Assembly (NCBI GenBank): GCA_902792515.1
Contig: CADAZX010000016.1
Location: 19,952-83,951, forward strand
Length of the DNA: 64,000 bases
Origin: an uncultured Ruminococcus sp.
GTDB taxonomy: Bacteria > Bacillota > Clostridia > UBA1212
Reading direction: 5' to 3'
Below are positions 34,116-44,108 of this stretch, piece after piece. Made by a program: the position numbers and the translations under genes. Every line of letters begins with the position of its first letter. Within the stretch, counting starts at the first letter, position 1. The notes beneath the pieces are model-generated. The model was not told the DNA's origin. It searched no databases and saw nothing but the letters and a program-made list of their open reading frames with translations.

Positions 34116-35561
34116 TTATTTCTTTTTCTTTCCGATTTCCGAAAACAGGAAGAACAGCAGTCCGCCTGCGTACCCCATAAACGGGCAGAGCCATCTGTAC
34201 GCCGCAAGCGAGAACAGTCCTTTGTGAGTCACAAGCATCGCGATAAGTCCGCCGATTCCGAAGATGATCATCAGACCGAACAGAACGAACTTGATCAGGT
34301 TGCCCGGGTTGGCCGTCTCGACCTCTTCCATCAGCATCTGCGCGATTTTCGAAATCAGGAACAGAACAAGTCCGCCGACCAGGAACGCGATTCCGTAGGA
34401 AATTCCCGTGTAGAGAGTCTCGTACGAGTCAAGCTTCAGCGAAGCCGCTCCGGACGCCGTCATAACGTTGCTGACGATCGGGTAAATCACCTTGTGCAGC
34501 ACGAAGTTCATCAATACCGCATCGAAAACGAACACGAGCAAAATGATCATCGACCACATCGCGTAGTTCATGCCCAGCAGCGTTTTGCCGCCGCCTTCCG
34601 TTCCCGAAAGTCCGAGAATACCGCGAAGTTTACTCGCCACGTTGTCGTTCCTGTTCATATCGGGGTCGCCCGCGAGGTTCTTGATCTTATCGGAGCGCAC
34701 CGTGTCATTGGCGTCGGTAACGTTCTCGCGCATCTCCGCGAACTCATCCGCAACCTCTTCCTCGCCGTTTTCCTCTTCGTCCTCGCTGATTACAAGCATT
34801 CCGCCCATCGCCAGCCCCTTGACCGTGCTCTTCCGCGGCCGGTCGTTCTCTTCCGACGAGATTTCTCTCATACGGCCGTTCAAAGAGGCAATCTGTTGGT
34901 CGGCTTCGTCGCGCACCTTGAACGCCTCGGCTCCTGCCTCACGGATCTCGTCCTCGGCTGCCTTTTCGATTTGTTCCGCTTTCTCTTCCGCGCTCTTCAC
35001 GCCTTCCTCAACGGTTTCTCCGGCATCGCTTACGATTTCCTCCGCCTTGTCAGCAGCCACATCCGCGGCACCCTCAACGACTTCCGCGCCGTCGTTCAGC
35101 GTCTCACTCAGTTCTTCGCCCGCATCGGAAAGAATTTCCTCGCCTTCGATGTCGTCCTCAAAGCCCTCGAGCTCCGTAAAATCGGTATCGTCCGTAATCT
35201 CCGCGGCAATTTCCGAAGCCACCGCCGCAGCGCCTGTCTCAACAGCCGCACCCGTTTCGGCAACGTCCGACGCTGCCTCCCCGGCCTCTTCGCGAACGGT
35301 TTCCTCAGCCTCGCTCAATTCTTCCGCGATTTCTCCGGTTTTATCAGCGACCTGCTCCCGCGTCTCTTCCGCCGCGTCAACAGCAGCGTTCTCTATGTTT
35401 TCCGCAAAAGCCGCTACGGGCATGTCCTCGTCTTCACGCGAAGTCGTCGTATACGTCCCGTCGTCAAGATTGAAAATAATATCAAAAACGGAATCGCTCT
35501 CGTCAACCGCGCGGTCGATTCTTTCGGGAATATCGTTTTTGTTCTTGTTTTTGTTGCTCAT
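34116..35561 (-). CDS. Membrane protein with a long acidic Ala/Glu-rich N-terminal region.
   Basis: Start re-set to 35561 (MSNKNKNKNDIPERIDR) with an AGGAG RBS. The C-terminal third has about 4 hydrophobic helices. Confidence 0.55.
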   Translation of the reverse strand: MSNKNKNKNDIPERIDRAVDESDSVFDIIFNLDDGTYTTTSREDEDMPVAAFAENIENAAVDAAEETREQVADKTGEIAEELSEAEETVREEAGEAASDVAETGAAVETGAAAVASEIAAEITDDTDFTELEGFEDDIEGEEILSDAGEELSETLNDGAEVVEGAADVAADKAEEIVSDAGETVEEGVKSAEEKAEQIEKAAEDEIREAGAEAFKVRDEADQQIASLNGRMREISSEENDRPRKSTVKGLAMGGMLVISEDEEENGEEEVADEFAEMRENVTDANDTVRSDKIKNLAGDPDMNRNDNVASKLRGILGLSGTEGGGKTLLGMNYAMWSMIILLVFVFDAVLMNFVLHKVIYPIVSNVMTASGAASLKLDSYETLYTGISYGIAFLVGGLVLFLISKIAQMLMEEVETANPGNLIKFVLFGLMIIFGIGGLIAMLVTHKGLFSLAAYRWLCPFMGYAGGLLFFLFSEIGKKKK

Positions 35562-35778
35562 CGCGAACTCCTCTTTGGCATACGGCCGGGATTCTAAGTC
35601 TCTGCCTGGGTTGCTGCCGCTTCCAAAACGGCACACTTATAAGTTTATCCGTATTTTACAGAAACACCGCCGAAAATTCAAGTGGTACAGTAAAAATCGT
35701 CCGCTTTATGGCGAAAAAACCGCCGCCCCGTCTCCGGGGCGGCGCCATTACAGACAGTTTTATACCTTAATTGTATGT

Positions 35779-36315
35779 CTATACGGGCACGACCATTCCG
35801 TAGCCGCCGTCTTTTCTCCGATAAACCGTGCAGATTTTATCGTCCTCTGCGTTCAAAAAAACGTAGAAATCGTGTCCGAGCGCTTCCATGTTGAGGATGG
35901 CTTCCTGCGTCGTCATGGGCTTGAACTCATACTTCTTGACCCTGACAATCTTGAACTCTTCCTCTTTGGGCTCTTCCTGCTCGGGAATGTCTTGATGGTC
36001 GTCAACGGTTGTCTTTGTCTTACGCGAAATGATTTTGTCCTTGTGCTTGTTCATTCTGCGCTCGAGCGAGTCAACCGCTGCGTCAAATGCCGCGTAAAGA
36101 CCGTCGTTCGACGACGCTTCGGCGCGCATCTGATAACCATAATACGGGAGTGTGATTTCTACCTTGAAGCCAAGCTTTGCTTCCGAAACTTTGACGAACG
36201 CTTCAACTTCGTCATTCGCAAAATATCTGGAAAGTCTCTGCGCGAGCTTCTTTTCCATCGCCTTGCGGTCTTTGTCGTAAACGGTTGCGTCCTTGGTGCT
36301 GAATTTTACTGTCAT
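35779..36315 (-). CDS. hpf: Ribosome hibernation-promoting factor, long form.
   Basis: Start at 36315 (MTVKFSTKDATVYDKDRKAMEKKL) with a GGGAGG RBS. C-terminal dimerisation domain KPMTTQEAILNMEALGHDFYVFLN. Confidence 0.9.
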   Translation of the reverse strand: MTVKFSTKDATVYDKDRKAMEKKLAQRLSRYFANDEVEAFVKVSEAKLGFKVEITLPYYGYQMRAEASSNDGLYAAFDAAVDSLERRMNKHKDKIISRKTKTTVDDHQDIPEQEEPKEEEFKIVRVKKYEFKPMTTQEAILNMEALGHDFYVFLNAEDDKICTVYRRKDGGYGMVVPV

Positions 36316-36380
36316 AACAAAACCTCCCAAAAATATATTAATTGGCGTCCCGTGACGCCCCGGGTTTCCTCGTTAGTTTT

Positions 36381-36409
36381 AATATACCATGTTTTTCTTC
36401 AAACTTCAA
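36381..36409 (-). promoter_or_regulatory. hpf promoter TTGAAG-17-TATATT with a TG extension.
   Basis: On the minus strand the -35 is at 36409-36404 and the -10 at 36386-36381, preceded by TGG. Confidence 0.55.
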
Positions 36410-36508
36410 GTGCCCGCTTGATTTTTGTTTTATTTTAAGGCTGCGGACGGCTTATCCGGCCGAAAAAGACATGAACATCGATTTTTGCCTATAAATAGCC
36501 GAAAACTC

Positions 36509-36530
36509 AATTGTTCCACGTGGAACAATT
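36509..36530. promoter_or_regulatory. Perfect 22-bp palindrome AATTGTTCCACGTGGAACAATT, a candidate operator.
   Basis: Exact dyad read from the sequence. Lies about 100 nt upstream of the hpf -35 element. Confidence 0.4.
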
Positions 36531-36547
36531 ATGCGGAAATTGAGGGC

Positions 36548-36576
36548 GAAAAAAGCCGGCCGAAAAAGGGCCGGTT
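36548..36576 (-). terminator. Intrinsic terminator of the dxs-tlyA operon.
   Basis: The minus RNA forms CCGGCC-CUUUUUC-GGCCGGC followed by UUUUUU, immediately after the tlyA stop at 36577. Confidence 0.7.
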
Positions 36577-37314
36577 TTATATCGGTTTATTCCGTTTTTT
36601 TACCGCTAAAATGTACTCGGTGTTTCCGTCCCCGCCTTTAACCGGTGACTCCAAAACCTGCCCGACCGGCTCAAACCCTGTCGCCTTCGCCGCCTCCGCA
36701 ACGCTCTCAACGCAGGCAAGCCGAGTCTTTTCGTCTTTGACGATACCATTCTTTTTGACCGCCCCGCGCCCTGCCTCGAACTGCGGCTTGATCAAAAAAA
36801 CTCCGGTCCCGCCGTCCTTCATCAGCGAATGGCAGACACCGAAAATCGCTTTCAACGAAATAAACGAGCAATCGCAGGTCAGAATATCGAACAGCCCTGT
36901 TTCTTCGGGGCTCAGCGTTCGGATGTCGGTCTGCTCCAGTGACAGAACTCTCGGGTCCTCCGCAATTTTTGGGTTCAGTTGATTCGTTCCGACGTCGACC
37001 GCCGTTACCGAAGCGGCACCGTTTTCGAGCAGAACTTGTGTGAATCCGCCTGTTGACGCGCCTACGTCGATTGCCCTAAGACCGGATACATCAATGCCGA
37101 ATGCCTTCAACGCGTATTCAAGCTTAAGCGCTCCCCGTGACACATATCGAAGCGGATCAGGAAGGCACTCAACTTTGTCGTCCGGAGTCACCTCAAACGA
37201 ACACTTCTTCACAACTTTCCCGTTGATCTTAACGCAGCCCTCTTTGACTGCTCGTTCCGCGCGTGTTCTGCTGGCATATAATTTCATTTCGGCGAGAAAG
37301 GCGTCAAGTCTCAT
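36577..37314 (-). CDS. tlyA: TlyA-family rRNA 2'-O-methyltransferase (S4 + FtsJ domains).
   Basis: MRLDAFLAEMKLYASRTRAERAVKEGCVKINGK is the S4 domain. DVGASTGGFTQVLL is the SAM motif. Confidence 0.85.
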   Translation of the reverse strand: MRLDAFLAEMKLYASRTRAERAVKEGCVKINGKVVKKCSFEVTPDDKVECLPDPLRYVSRGALKLEYALKAFGIDVSGLRAIDVGASTGGFTQVLLENGAASVTAVDVGTNQLNPKIAEDPRVLSLEQTDIRTLSPEETGLFDILTCDCSFISLKAIFGVCHSLMKDGGTGVFLIKPQFEAGRGAVKKNGIVKDEKTRLACVESVAEAAKATGFEPVGQVLESPVKGGDGNTEYILAVKKRNKPI

Positions 37315-37326
37315 TTTTGCTATGAT

Positions 37327-39276
37327 TTACTGATTCGTCGCGTTGAGCGCGTTAAGCGCATTGAGACAGCTCGAAACGATTCCGTCGCGGTCAAGACCGT
37401 CCGCTTTCATCTGGTTTGCGATGCTGTCGTTTGGAATTAAACCGTTATTATGCGCCAGCGAAACAACCGTGTTTTTGCGTCCGCCGTCCGCAAGCGCGAG
37501 CCTGACGTGCTCTCCGAAACCGTCGTCCGCGATTGCGTCCTCCGCGGTGACGACCAGTTTGGACCTGTCGGCAAGCTTTAAAATCGCCTCCGTGTCGAGC
37601 GGCTTGAAAAATCTCGCGTCAAAAACAACCACCGACAGACCGCGCTCAGCAAGCGCTTTTGCGGCGGCGAAAACCTCCTCGAGAACTTCACCTATCGAAA
37701 GCAGTGCTACGTCGTACGATCCGTTTTCATCGGGTCTGTTGAAGCAGACCGCGCCTTTTCCGTATTCCAACGGTACGTCGATATAATTCGCGTCCCCCGT
37801 GAACGTAGCGCGCTCCTTTGCAGGGTATCTAATTGCGAAAAGCTTTCCTGCGTCTCTAGGAACAGGCGAACTCTCATCGTCCTTATCGTAGACGTGAATC
37901 GCGAGTCTGACAGTCTCCCTGAGCTGTTTTGCAGACGAAGGCGCCGCAACCGTCGTGAACGGAATTCCTCCGAGATACGCGAAATCGTAAATCCCGTGGT
38001 GCGTTTCGCCGTCGTAGCCGCACACTCCTGCACGGTCGATGCCTACAATGAGCGGGAGCTTCTGGAGCGCCACGTCATGAAGCAGTTGATCGTAAGCTCT
38101 CTGCAGGAAGGTTGAATAAATGGCCGCAACGGGCTTCATCCCGGCGATCGACATTCCCGCCGCCATCGTGATTGCGTGCTGCTCTGCAATTCCTACGTCG
38201 ACCGTCCTGTCCGGGAACTGCTGCGCGAAGCTGTCGAGTCCCGTTCCGATCGACATCGCGGCTGTAACCGCGACGATTTTGTCGTCTTTTTCAGCAAGAC
38301 CGCAAAGTTCCTCGGAGAAAACCTTCGAAAGAGACTCGCGGTTTTTGCTCTTTATCTCACCTGTTTCGGCGACGAACGATCCCACGCCGTGGAAAATTTC
38401 CGGTTCCTTCTCGGCGGGCCCATAGCCTCTGCCTTTTTGCGTCTGAACGTGGACCAGCACAGGCCCGTCGATCTCGTTCGCCCGTTCGAAAATCATTTTC
38501 AGCGCGTAGATATCGTGACCGTCGACAGGTCCAAGGTAGTACAGTCCGAGATTCTCGAAGAATTTGCCTTCGACCACCCAGTGCTTGACGCGGTTTTTCG
38601 CGCGGCTTATTACACGTGTGATCGGCCGTCCGATCTTCGGAATCTTCAAAAGGAATCCCCGCACGTTTCTCTTGGCGCGCATATATGAGTGCCGCCGTCT
38701 GATCTTCGCGAGATATTTTGAAAGTCCGCCGACGTTGCGGTCGATCGACATACCGTTGTCGTTCAGCACCACAATAACGCGGCACTGCGACTGGGCAATG
38801 TCGTTAAGCGCCTCGTAAGCCATACCGCCCGTAAGAGCGCCGTCGCCGATAACCGCGATGACCGCCCTGTTTTCGCCGGTGAATTTATACGCGCGCGCGT
38901 ACCCGAGCGCTGCAGAAATCGACGTCGAACTGTGACCTGTGTTAAAGGCGTCCGCGTCGCTTTCGCTGATTTTCGGGAATCCCGCGACTCCGTCCGGTCT
39001 GCGAAGTCTGTCCATTCCCGCGTCGCGTCCTGTCAGAATTTTGTGAACGTAGCTCTGATGGCCGACGTCCCAGATGATTCTGTCGCGGTGCGGATTGTAA
39101 ATAGAGTAAAGCGCAACCGTCAGTTCAACAACACCGAGGTTTGACGCAAGATGACCGCCGTTAACAGAGACGGTCTCTACAAGCCTTTTCCGGATCTCTT
39201 CGCAAAGGGTATTCAATTGTTTCTCGTCCATTGCCGCCAGATCGTCCGGCAGCACGGGCATTTTTTCGAACAACAT
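37327..39276 (-). CDS. dxs: 1-deoxy-D-xylulose-5-phosphate synthase.
   Basis: GHSSTSISAALG and the GDGALTGGMAYEALN TPP motif. 649 aa. Confidence 0.95.
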   Translation of the reverse strand: MLFEKMPVLPDDLAAMDEKQLNTLCEEIRKRLVETVSVNGGHLASNLGVVELTVALYSIYNPHRDRIIWDVGHQSYVHKILTGRDAGMDRLRRPDGVAGFPKISESDADAFNTGHSSTSISAALGYARAYKFTGENRAVIAVIGDGALTGGMAYEALNDIAQSQCRVIVVLNDNGMSIDRNVGGLSKYLAKIRRRHSYMRAKRNVRGFLLKIPKIGRPITRVISRAKNRVKHWVVEGKFFENLGLYYLGPVDGHDIYALKMIFERANEIDGPVLVHVQTQKGRGYGPAEKEPEIFHGVGSFVAETGEIKSKNRESLSKVFSEELCGLAEKDDKIVAVTAAMSIGTGLDSFAQQFPDRTVDVGIAEQHAITMAAGMSIAGMKPVAAIYSTFLQRAYDQLLHDVALQKLPLIVGIDRAGVCGYDGETHHGIYDFAYLGGIPFTTVAAPSSAKQLRETVRLAIHVYDKDDESSPVPRDAGKLFAIRYPAKERATFTGDANYIDVPLEYGKGAVCFNRPDENGSYDVALLSIGEVLEEVFAAAKALAERGLSVVVFDARFFKPLDTEAILKLADRSKLVVTAEDAIADDGFGEHVRLALADGGRKNTVVSLAHNNGLIPNDSIANQMKADGLDRDGIVSSCLNALNALNATNQ

Positions 39277-39298
39277 CAGAATTATGCCTCTCGAATTA

Positions 39299-40234
39299 TC
39301 AGTGTTTTCTGTCTAAAAGCTCCGCCGCGAGCCAGCGGAGAATCCGCCCTCTTTCGCCGAAAACGGCGGCTGCCTCAACGGCTTTTTCGGTATATGACTC
39401 CATGTCCCGCGCGGCTTTTTCGGCGCCTACCGCGGCGACGTAAGTCCTTTTCGAATCTCTTTCGTCGCTTCCGACCGGTTTCCCGAGCGTTCCCGGGTCG
39501 CCTGTTATGTCGAGAAGGTCGTCTTTTATCTGGAACGCGAGCCCGAGGTTACGTGTAAACGAAACAGTCGCCGCGGCAGCGTTTTCAAATTCCTCTTCGG
39601 AACTGTTAAAATACCTTCCGTTTTCGCGCGCAAGCTCGACGGCGACAGCCGCCGCACACTCTAAAAGCGCGCTTGTTTTCAGCCTGTACGTCTCAAGTAG
39701 GACGTCCGGTCCCGCCTCGGTGTTTTCGTTCGCGATATCGAGCGCCTGCCCGCCGAGCATCCCTTCGGTTCCTGCAAGCCTGGCAAGCTCTCTTCCCGCA
39801 GCCGCTCCGCACCTTCCGTCCCGCACAGCCGCTTCGAAAACGATTTCAAACGCACGGTTGAGCAACGCGTCGCCGCAGAGAAGCGCATTCGCCTCGCCGA
39901 AAACCTTGTGACACGTCGGCCTTCCGCGCCGCAGATCGTCGTCGTCCATGCACGGCATGTCGTCGTGAACGAGCGAATAAGTGTGGATCATTTCCAGCGC
40001 GACCGCATAAGGCATCGCCAGCCCGCAATCAACGCCGAAAATGTCGCAAAACGCAAGCGTCAGAGCAGGCCTGATCCGTTTCCCCGGCGCGGTAAGGCAG
40101 TATTCAACCGCTTTGCCGAGCTCCGTGCCGGATCCGGTGTCCTCGATGTAAGAAGGAATCGCTTTTGTTACCGCTTCTGCGTATCCGTAGAATATGTTTT
40201 TCGAGACCTCGTCGGCCTTTGCTGTCTTGTCCAT
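39299..40234 (-). CDS. ispA: Polyprenyl (farnesyl/geranylgeranyl) diphosphate synthase.
   Basis: First DDxxD-type motif is LVHDDMPCMDDDDLRRG. The second is FQIKDDLLD. Confidence 0.85.
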   Translation of the reverse strand: MDKTAKADEVSKNIFYGYAEAVTKAIPSYIEDTGSGTELGKAVEYCLTAPGKRIRPALTLAFCDIFGVDCGLAMPYAVALEMIHTYSLVHDDMPCMDDDDLRRGRPTCHKVFGEANALLCGDALLNRAFEIVFEAAVRDGRCGAAAGRELARLAGTEGMLGGQALDIANENTEAGPDVLLETYRLKTSALLECAAAVAVELARENGRYFNSSEEEFENAAAATVSFTRNLGLAFQIKDDLLDITGDPGTLGKPVGSDERDSKRTYVAAVGAEKAARDMESYTEKAVEAAAVFGERGRILRWLAAELLDRKH

Positions 40235-40250
40235 AGTTAAACCCAGCGCG

Positions 40251-40628
40251 TCATTGCCCGGTCATTTTCTTGATAACCGCCTCGTAGCGCGCAAGCTCGC
40301 TCTCGCAGTATTTCACAAGCTTCGTGCCCTCTTCGTAAGCTTTGATCGACTCGTCAAGAGACAGTTTGCCGCTCTCCATTTTACTTACGAGCTGCTCAAG
40401 CTCCGCGAAAGCCTGTTCATATGACATCTTCTTTTCGTCTCCGGCAGTTTCCGCTTCGCCGGTGTTGGCGGTTTCCTCAGCGGGCTCTTCGGGAACGTCG
40501 TCCTTCTTTACGTCCTCGGTCTTTTTGTCGTCGCCTTTACGGTCGGTAATTCTCTCGAACAGTTTATTAACTTCATCATCAAGCGTGAAATCCTCAAAAT
40601 CCATCGTTTTTCCTTTCTGGCCGCTCAT
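40251..40628 (-). CDS. xseB: Exodeoxyribonuclease VII small subunit with a ~67-aa acidic N-terminal extension.
   Basis: The C-terminal MSYEQAFAELEQLVSKMESGKLSLDESIKAYEEGTKLVKYCE is typical XseB. The long form has a strong GGGAGG RBS before the ATG at 40628. Confidence 0.7.
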   Translation of the reverse strand: MSGQKGKTMDFEDFTLDDEVNKLFERITDRKGDDKKTEDVKKDDVPEEPAEETANTGEAETAGDEKKMSYEQAFAELEQLVSKMESGKLSLDESIKAYEEGTKLVKYCESELARYEAVIKKMTGQ

Positions 40629-40743
40629 TCGGACCTCCCGGACGCTGCACGCCCGCGTTTTCAGTTAAGAATCTTCCGGTTCGTGTTCATTTTAGCAGAA
40701 AATCTCGCGTCTTTCCACTTTTAATCCTTTTTTATATCTTTTT

Positions 40744-41904
40744 TCAGGAATCCGCCGGTTTTCCGTCGCGCGGAGCAGGCGGTTTGGGTCCGAAATACTG
40801 GTAAAAGTCGCATTTCAACCCGCCGTTGTAGATTTTTCTCTTCTTGTCGGCACGCTTCCCGTAGAGGCGTTCGAAATCCTCGCAGGAAGTTATAACGTAG
40901 ACCGACCACGTGGCGAACGACGCAAAATGCTTTCCCATGCCGCGGTAGATGTCCTCAGCAGCCTTTTTTTCCAGCAGCCGCTCGCCGTACGGCGGGTTCG
41001 TCACGATGCACCCGTAGTCAAAACGCGAGCCCGTCTCGGCATAGTCGATTTTTTGAAAATGAATAAAACCGTCCACGCCTGCCGCTTCCGCGTGTTTTTC
41101 CGCCAGTTTCAGCTGAAAATAGTCGATATCGGAACAGTAGATCCTGAGGCTCGCGTTCCTGTTTATCGCGCGAACGGCCTCTCTGCGCTCGTTCTCCCAG
41201 ACCTTAGGGTCGGAGATTTTCCAGTTTTCCGCGTCAAAAGTCGCCCTGAGACCCGGCGCCATGTTCATGCCGATCATTGCCGCCTCGATTCCGAACGTTC
41301 CGGTACCGCAGAACGGGTCCATGAAAGGAAGGTCCGGCCGCCAGCGGCTGATCATAATCAGTCCCGCCGCGAGAGTCTCCTTTATCGGCGACTTTCCGAC
41401 CTCCTGCCGGTATCCGCGCCTGTTGAGCCCGTGCCCGGACGTGTCGACGGTTACGGTCGCTTCGTCGTCGAGGAAAGCGATTTCCACCATGTGGCGAGCG
41501 CCCGTTTCGGGAAGAGTTTCAACGCCGTAAGCGCTCCTTAGGCGCTCCACGATCGCTTTTTTTGAAATGGACTGAATGTCGCGGAGGCTGTAAAGCTTCG
41601 ACTTTACGGACCTTGCGTTCACAATGAACGACGAGTCGCTGTCAAGGAGTTCTTCCCACGGGATCGCCTTGACGCCGCGGAAGAGATCCTCGAAGGTTAA
41701 CGCCTTAAATTTACCCATATTTAGCAAAATTCTGTCAGCCGTTCTAAGCCACAGATTCGCTTTGGCAACAGTCCTGATGTCGCCCCTGAAGTATGTTCTC
41801 CCGTTTGCGGTGGTATGCTCGGTGCAGCCCAGCCGGTCGAGTTCCCTGTTGAGAACCGCCTCAAGGCCGAACGTTGTCGTCGCAATCAGATCGTACTCTT
41901 TCAA
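40744..41904 (-). CDS. THUMP-domain class I SAM-dependent RNA methyltransferase (RlmL/K-like).
   Basis: Start re-set to the TTG at 41904 (LKEYDLIATTTFGLE) after an AAAGAGG RBS. DPFCGTGTFGIEAAM and NPPYGERL motifs present. Confidence 0.75.
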   Translation of the reverse strand: MKEYDLIATTTFGLEAVLNRELDRLGCTEHTTANGRTYFRGDIRTVAKANLWLRTADRILLNMGKFKALTFEDLFRGVKAIPWEELLDSDSSFIVNARSVKSKLYSLRDIQSISKKAIVERLRSAYGVETLPETGARHMVEIAFLDDEATVTVDTSGHGLNRRGYRQEVGKSPIKETLAAGLIMISRWRPDLPFMDPFCGTGTFGIEAAMIGMNMAPGLRATFDAENWKISDPKVWENERREAVRAINRNASLRIYCSDIDYFQLKLAEKHAEAAGVDGFIHFQKIDYAETGSRFDYGCIVTNPPYGERLLEKKAAEDIYRGMGKHFASFATWSVYVITSCEDFERLYGKRADKKRKIYNGGLKCDFYQYFGPKPPAPRDGKPADS

Positions 41905-41929
41905 AACAAACCTCTTTCCGGCCGGTCGG

Positions 41930-42700
41930 TCAGCCTTTAACCCTCTCGCAAATATCGAGCATCTCAGGCAAAAACGCCCTGTACTCCCGTTCACCGAAAA
42001 CGCGCCACGCACCGGCGGCGTCCGGCACGCTCTCGAAAACAAGCTCGACGTCCTTCACGGGATGCTTCACCGATGCCACCGCGGACCAGAGCCCCAGAAA
42101 AGGCTCTCCGTCACCGGTTTTGATCTCATGTCCGCCGTACTTTTTGTCCCCCGCAAGCGGCTTCCCGCGGAGCGCCAGCTGCGCGCGGATCTGATGCGTC
42201 CGTCCCGTGACCGGCACCGCCGCCACGAGAGAATAACCGTCCCTGACCGCGAGAGTCTGAGCATAAAGCACGCACTCTTTTCCGCCGGCATCTCTTTCGA
42301 CGATGTTGTTCTTTTCGTCTTTTTTCAGGAAATCTCTCAGAAAAACGCCTGCAGGCGCATCAAAAGTACCCTCGGCAAGCGCAAAATAGCACTTTTTGAA
42401 ACGTTTTTCGCGCATTTCCGCCGAGAGCCTCATGGCCCCCTTCGACGTTTTCGCGAAAATCATAGTACCGCCCGTATTCCTGTCGAGTCTGTGAACGAGG
42501 CCCAGATACGCCGCGCCGGGTTTGTTTTTCCTGACGGCAATATCGTTTTTCAGCAGAGTCAGAAGATCCGCGTCTCCGCCCGCGTCGCTCTGCGACAGAA
42601 CGCCCGCAGGCTTCACAACGGCAAGAACGTGGTTGTCCTCGTAAATAACCTTCACGGGGCCGTTTGAGTATGTAATTTCCCGGTATATTTCTCTTTCCAT
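41930..42700 (-). CDS. RluA-family pseudouridine synthase.
   Basis: HRLDRNTGGTMIFAKT is the catalytic Asp motif. Confidence 0.85.
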   Translation of the reverse strand: MEREIYREITYSNGPVKVIYEDNHVLAVVKPAGVLSQSDAGGDADLLTLLKNDIAVRKNKPGAAYLGLVHRLDRNTGGTMIFAKTSKGAMRLSAEMREKRFKKCYFALAEGTFDAPAGVFLRDFLKKDEKNNIVERDAGGKECVLYAQTLAVRDGYSLVAAVPVTGRTHQIRAQLALRGKPLAGDKKYGGHEIKTGDGEPFLGLWSAVASVKHPVKDVELVFESVPDAAGAWRVFGEREYRAFLPEMLDICERVKG

Positions 42701-42740
42701 TTCTGCCCCGTTCGCGGTCCGGACCGTTCCGCGTTCGTTT

Positions 42741-43619
42741 TCACTTTTCCGCCTGCCACCTCGCGGTCGATCCGCACGGAAGCAGCAGTTCGCTTTTCGA
42801 GCATGTCAGGCACAGGTCGCCGGCCGTGACAGTTCCGCCGCGGCGCGATTTTATCAGAACGTTGAGCATGTTTTCCGTCACAACAGGCGAAAATCCCGTC
42901 GTGTATGAGTTCAAAATGAAAAACAGCGCCCTTTCGGAAAGCAGTCCCGCGCACTCTTCAATGAACCCGTAAATGTTGTCCTCGAGCTTCCAGACCTCTC
43001 CGTTCGGTCCGCGGCCGTAAGAAGGCGGATCCATAATGATCCCCTCGTATGTGTTGCCGCGCCGTCTCTCGCGCGCCACAAACTTGAAAGCGTCGTCGAC
43101 AAGGTACCGCACCTCGGCCTTCGTCAGCCCGCTCAGCTCAACGTTTTCCCTCGCGCGCGTTACCATCCCCTTGGAGGCGTCGACGTGGCACACCTTGGCT
43201 CCCGCCGCTGTGCACGCGACCGTTGCCGCGCCTGTATACCCGAAAAGGTTGAGCACCCTGACGGTTTCTCCGCCACGGACTCTCTCTTCGATCAGCTTCG
43301 CCGTGTAATCCCAGTTCGCCGCCTGCTCCGGGAACAGTCCCGTGTGCTTGAACCCTGTCGGTTCAACGTAAAAACGCAGATTTCCCCTCGAAATCGTCCA
43401 CTTCTGCGGCAGATTCCTCAGATACTCCCACGAGCCGCCGCCGCTGCTTGAACGGTGATAGACCGCGGCGGCGCGTTTCCACTCCCCCGGGCACTGTTTT
43501 TTCCAGACCGCCTGCGGATCCGGCCGCGCCAGCACAACGTCGCCCCAGCGCTCCAGCTTCATTCCGTCGCCGCAGTCGATCAATTCAAAATCATTCCAGT
43601 TTTCGGATATAATCTTCAT
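42741..43619 (-). CDS. Class I SAM-dependent rRNA methyltransferase (RlmI-like catalytic domain).
   Basis: Start re-set to 43619 (MKIISENWNDFELIDCGDG). LNLFGYTGAATVA and IIMDPPSYGRG motifs present. Confidence 0.7.
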   Translation of the reverse strand: MKIISENWNDFELIDCGDGMKLERWGDVVLARPDPQAVWKKQCPGEWKRAAAVYHRSSSGGGSWEYLRNLPQKWTISRGNLRFYVEPTGFKHTGLFPEQAANWDYTAKLIEERVRGGETVRVLNLFGYTGAATVACTAAGAKVCHVDASKGMVTRARENVELSGLTKAEVRYLVDDAFKFVARERRRGNTYEGIIMDPPSYGRGPNGEVWKLEDNIYGFIEECAGLLSERALFFILNSYTTGFSPVVTENMLNVLIKSRRGGTVTAGDLCLTCSKSELLLPCGSTARWQAEK

Positions 43620-43829
43620 AAACGAAACTCCGATTCCGTCCCGTGCTTCGTCCGCAACCGGCCAAAACACGCTTGTAAAATCTCAAAAAGCGGCGGAAAC
43701 CGTTCTCTCTGGTGCGTTTTTGCCAAACCAGAACCGATTTTCGCCGCCTCATCTATGCCTCACCGTCCGCAAATTACGCGGCGCAGGGCATTTTCAGTAT
43801 AACACTTACCGTTTCCGCAAGACGACCGA

Positions 43830-44108
43830 TCAATCGGTAATGACGGAAACCTGCTTTTTGTCCTTGCCCAAACGTGTGAAAGAAACCTTGCCGTCCTTAA
43901 GCGCATAAAGGGTGTAGTCGCTTCCGCAACCGACATTCGCGCCGGGATGGATCTTTGTGCCTCTCTGTCTCACGAGGATGTTGCCTGCGAGAACAAACTG
44001 ACCGTCTGCTCTCTTCGCACCGAGACGCTTCGATTCGGAATCTCTGCCGTTCTTTGTGCTTCCGAGACCTTTCTTATGAGCGAACAATTGCAAATTAAAC
44101 TTAATCAT
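43830..44108 (-). CDS. rpmA: 50S ribosomal protein L27 with a cleavable N-terminal extension.
   Basis: [33 protein letters not shown]. Confidence 0.95.
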   Translation of the reverse strand: MIKFNLQLFAHKKGLGSTKNGRDSESKRLGAKRADGQFVLAGNILVRQRGTKIHPGANVGCGSDYTLYALKDGKVSFTRLGKDKKQVSVITD

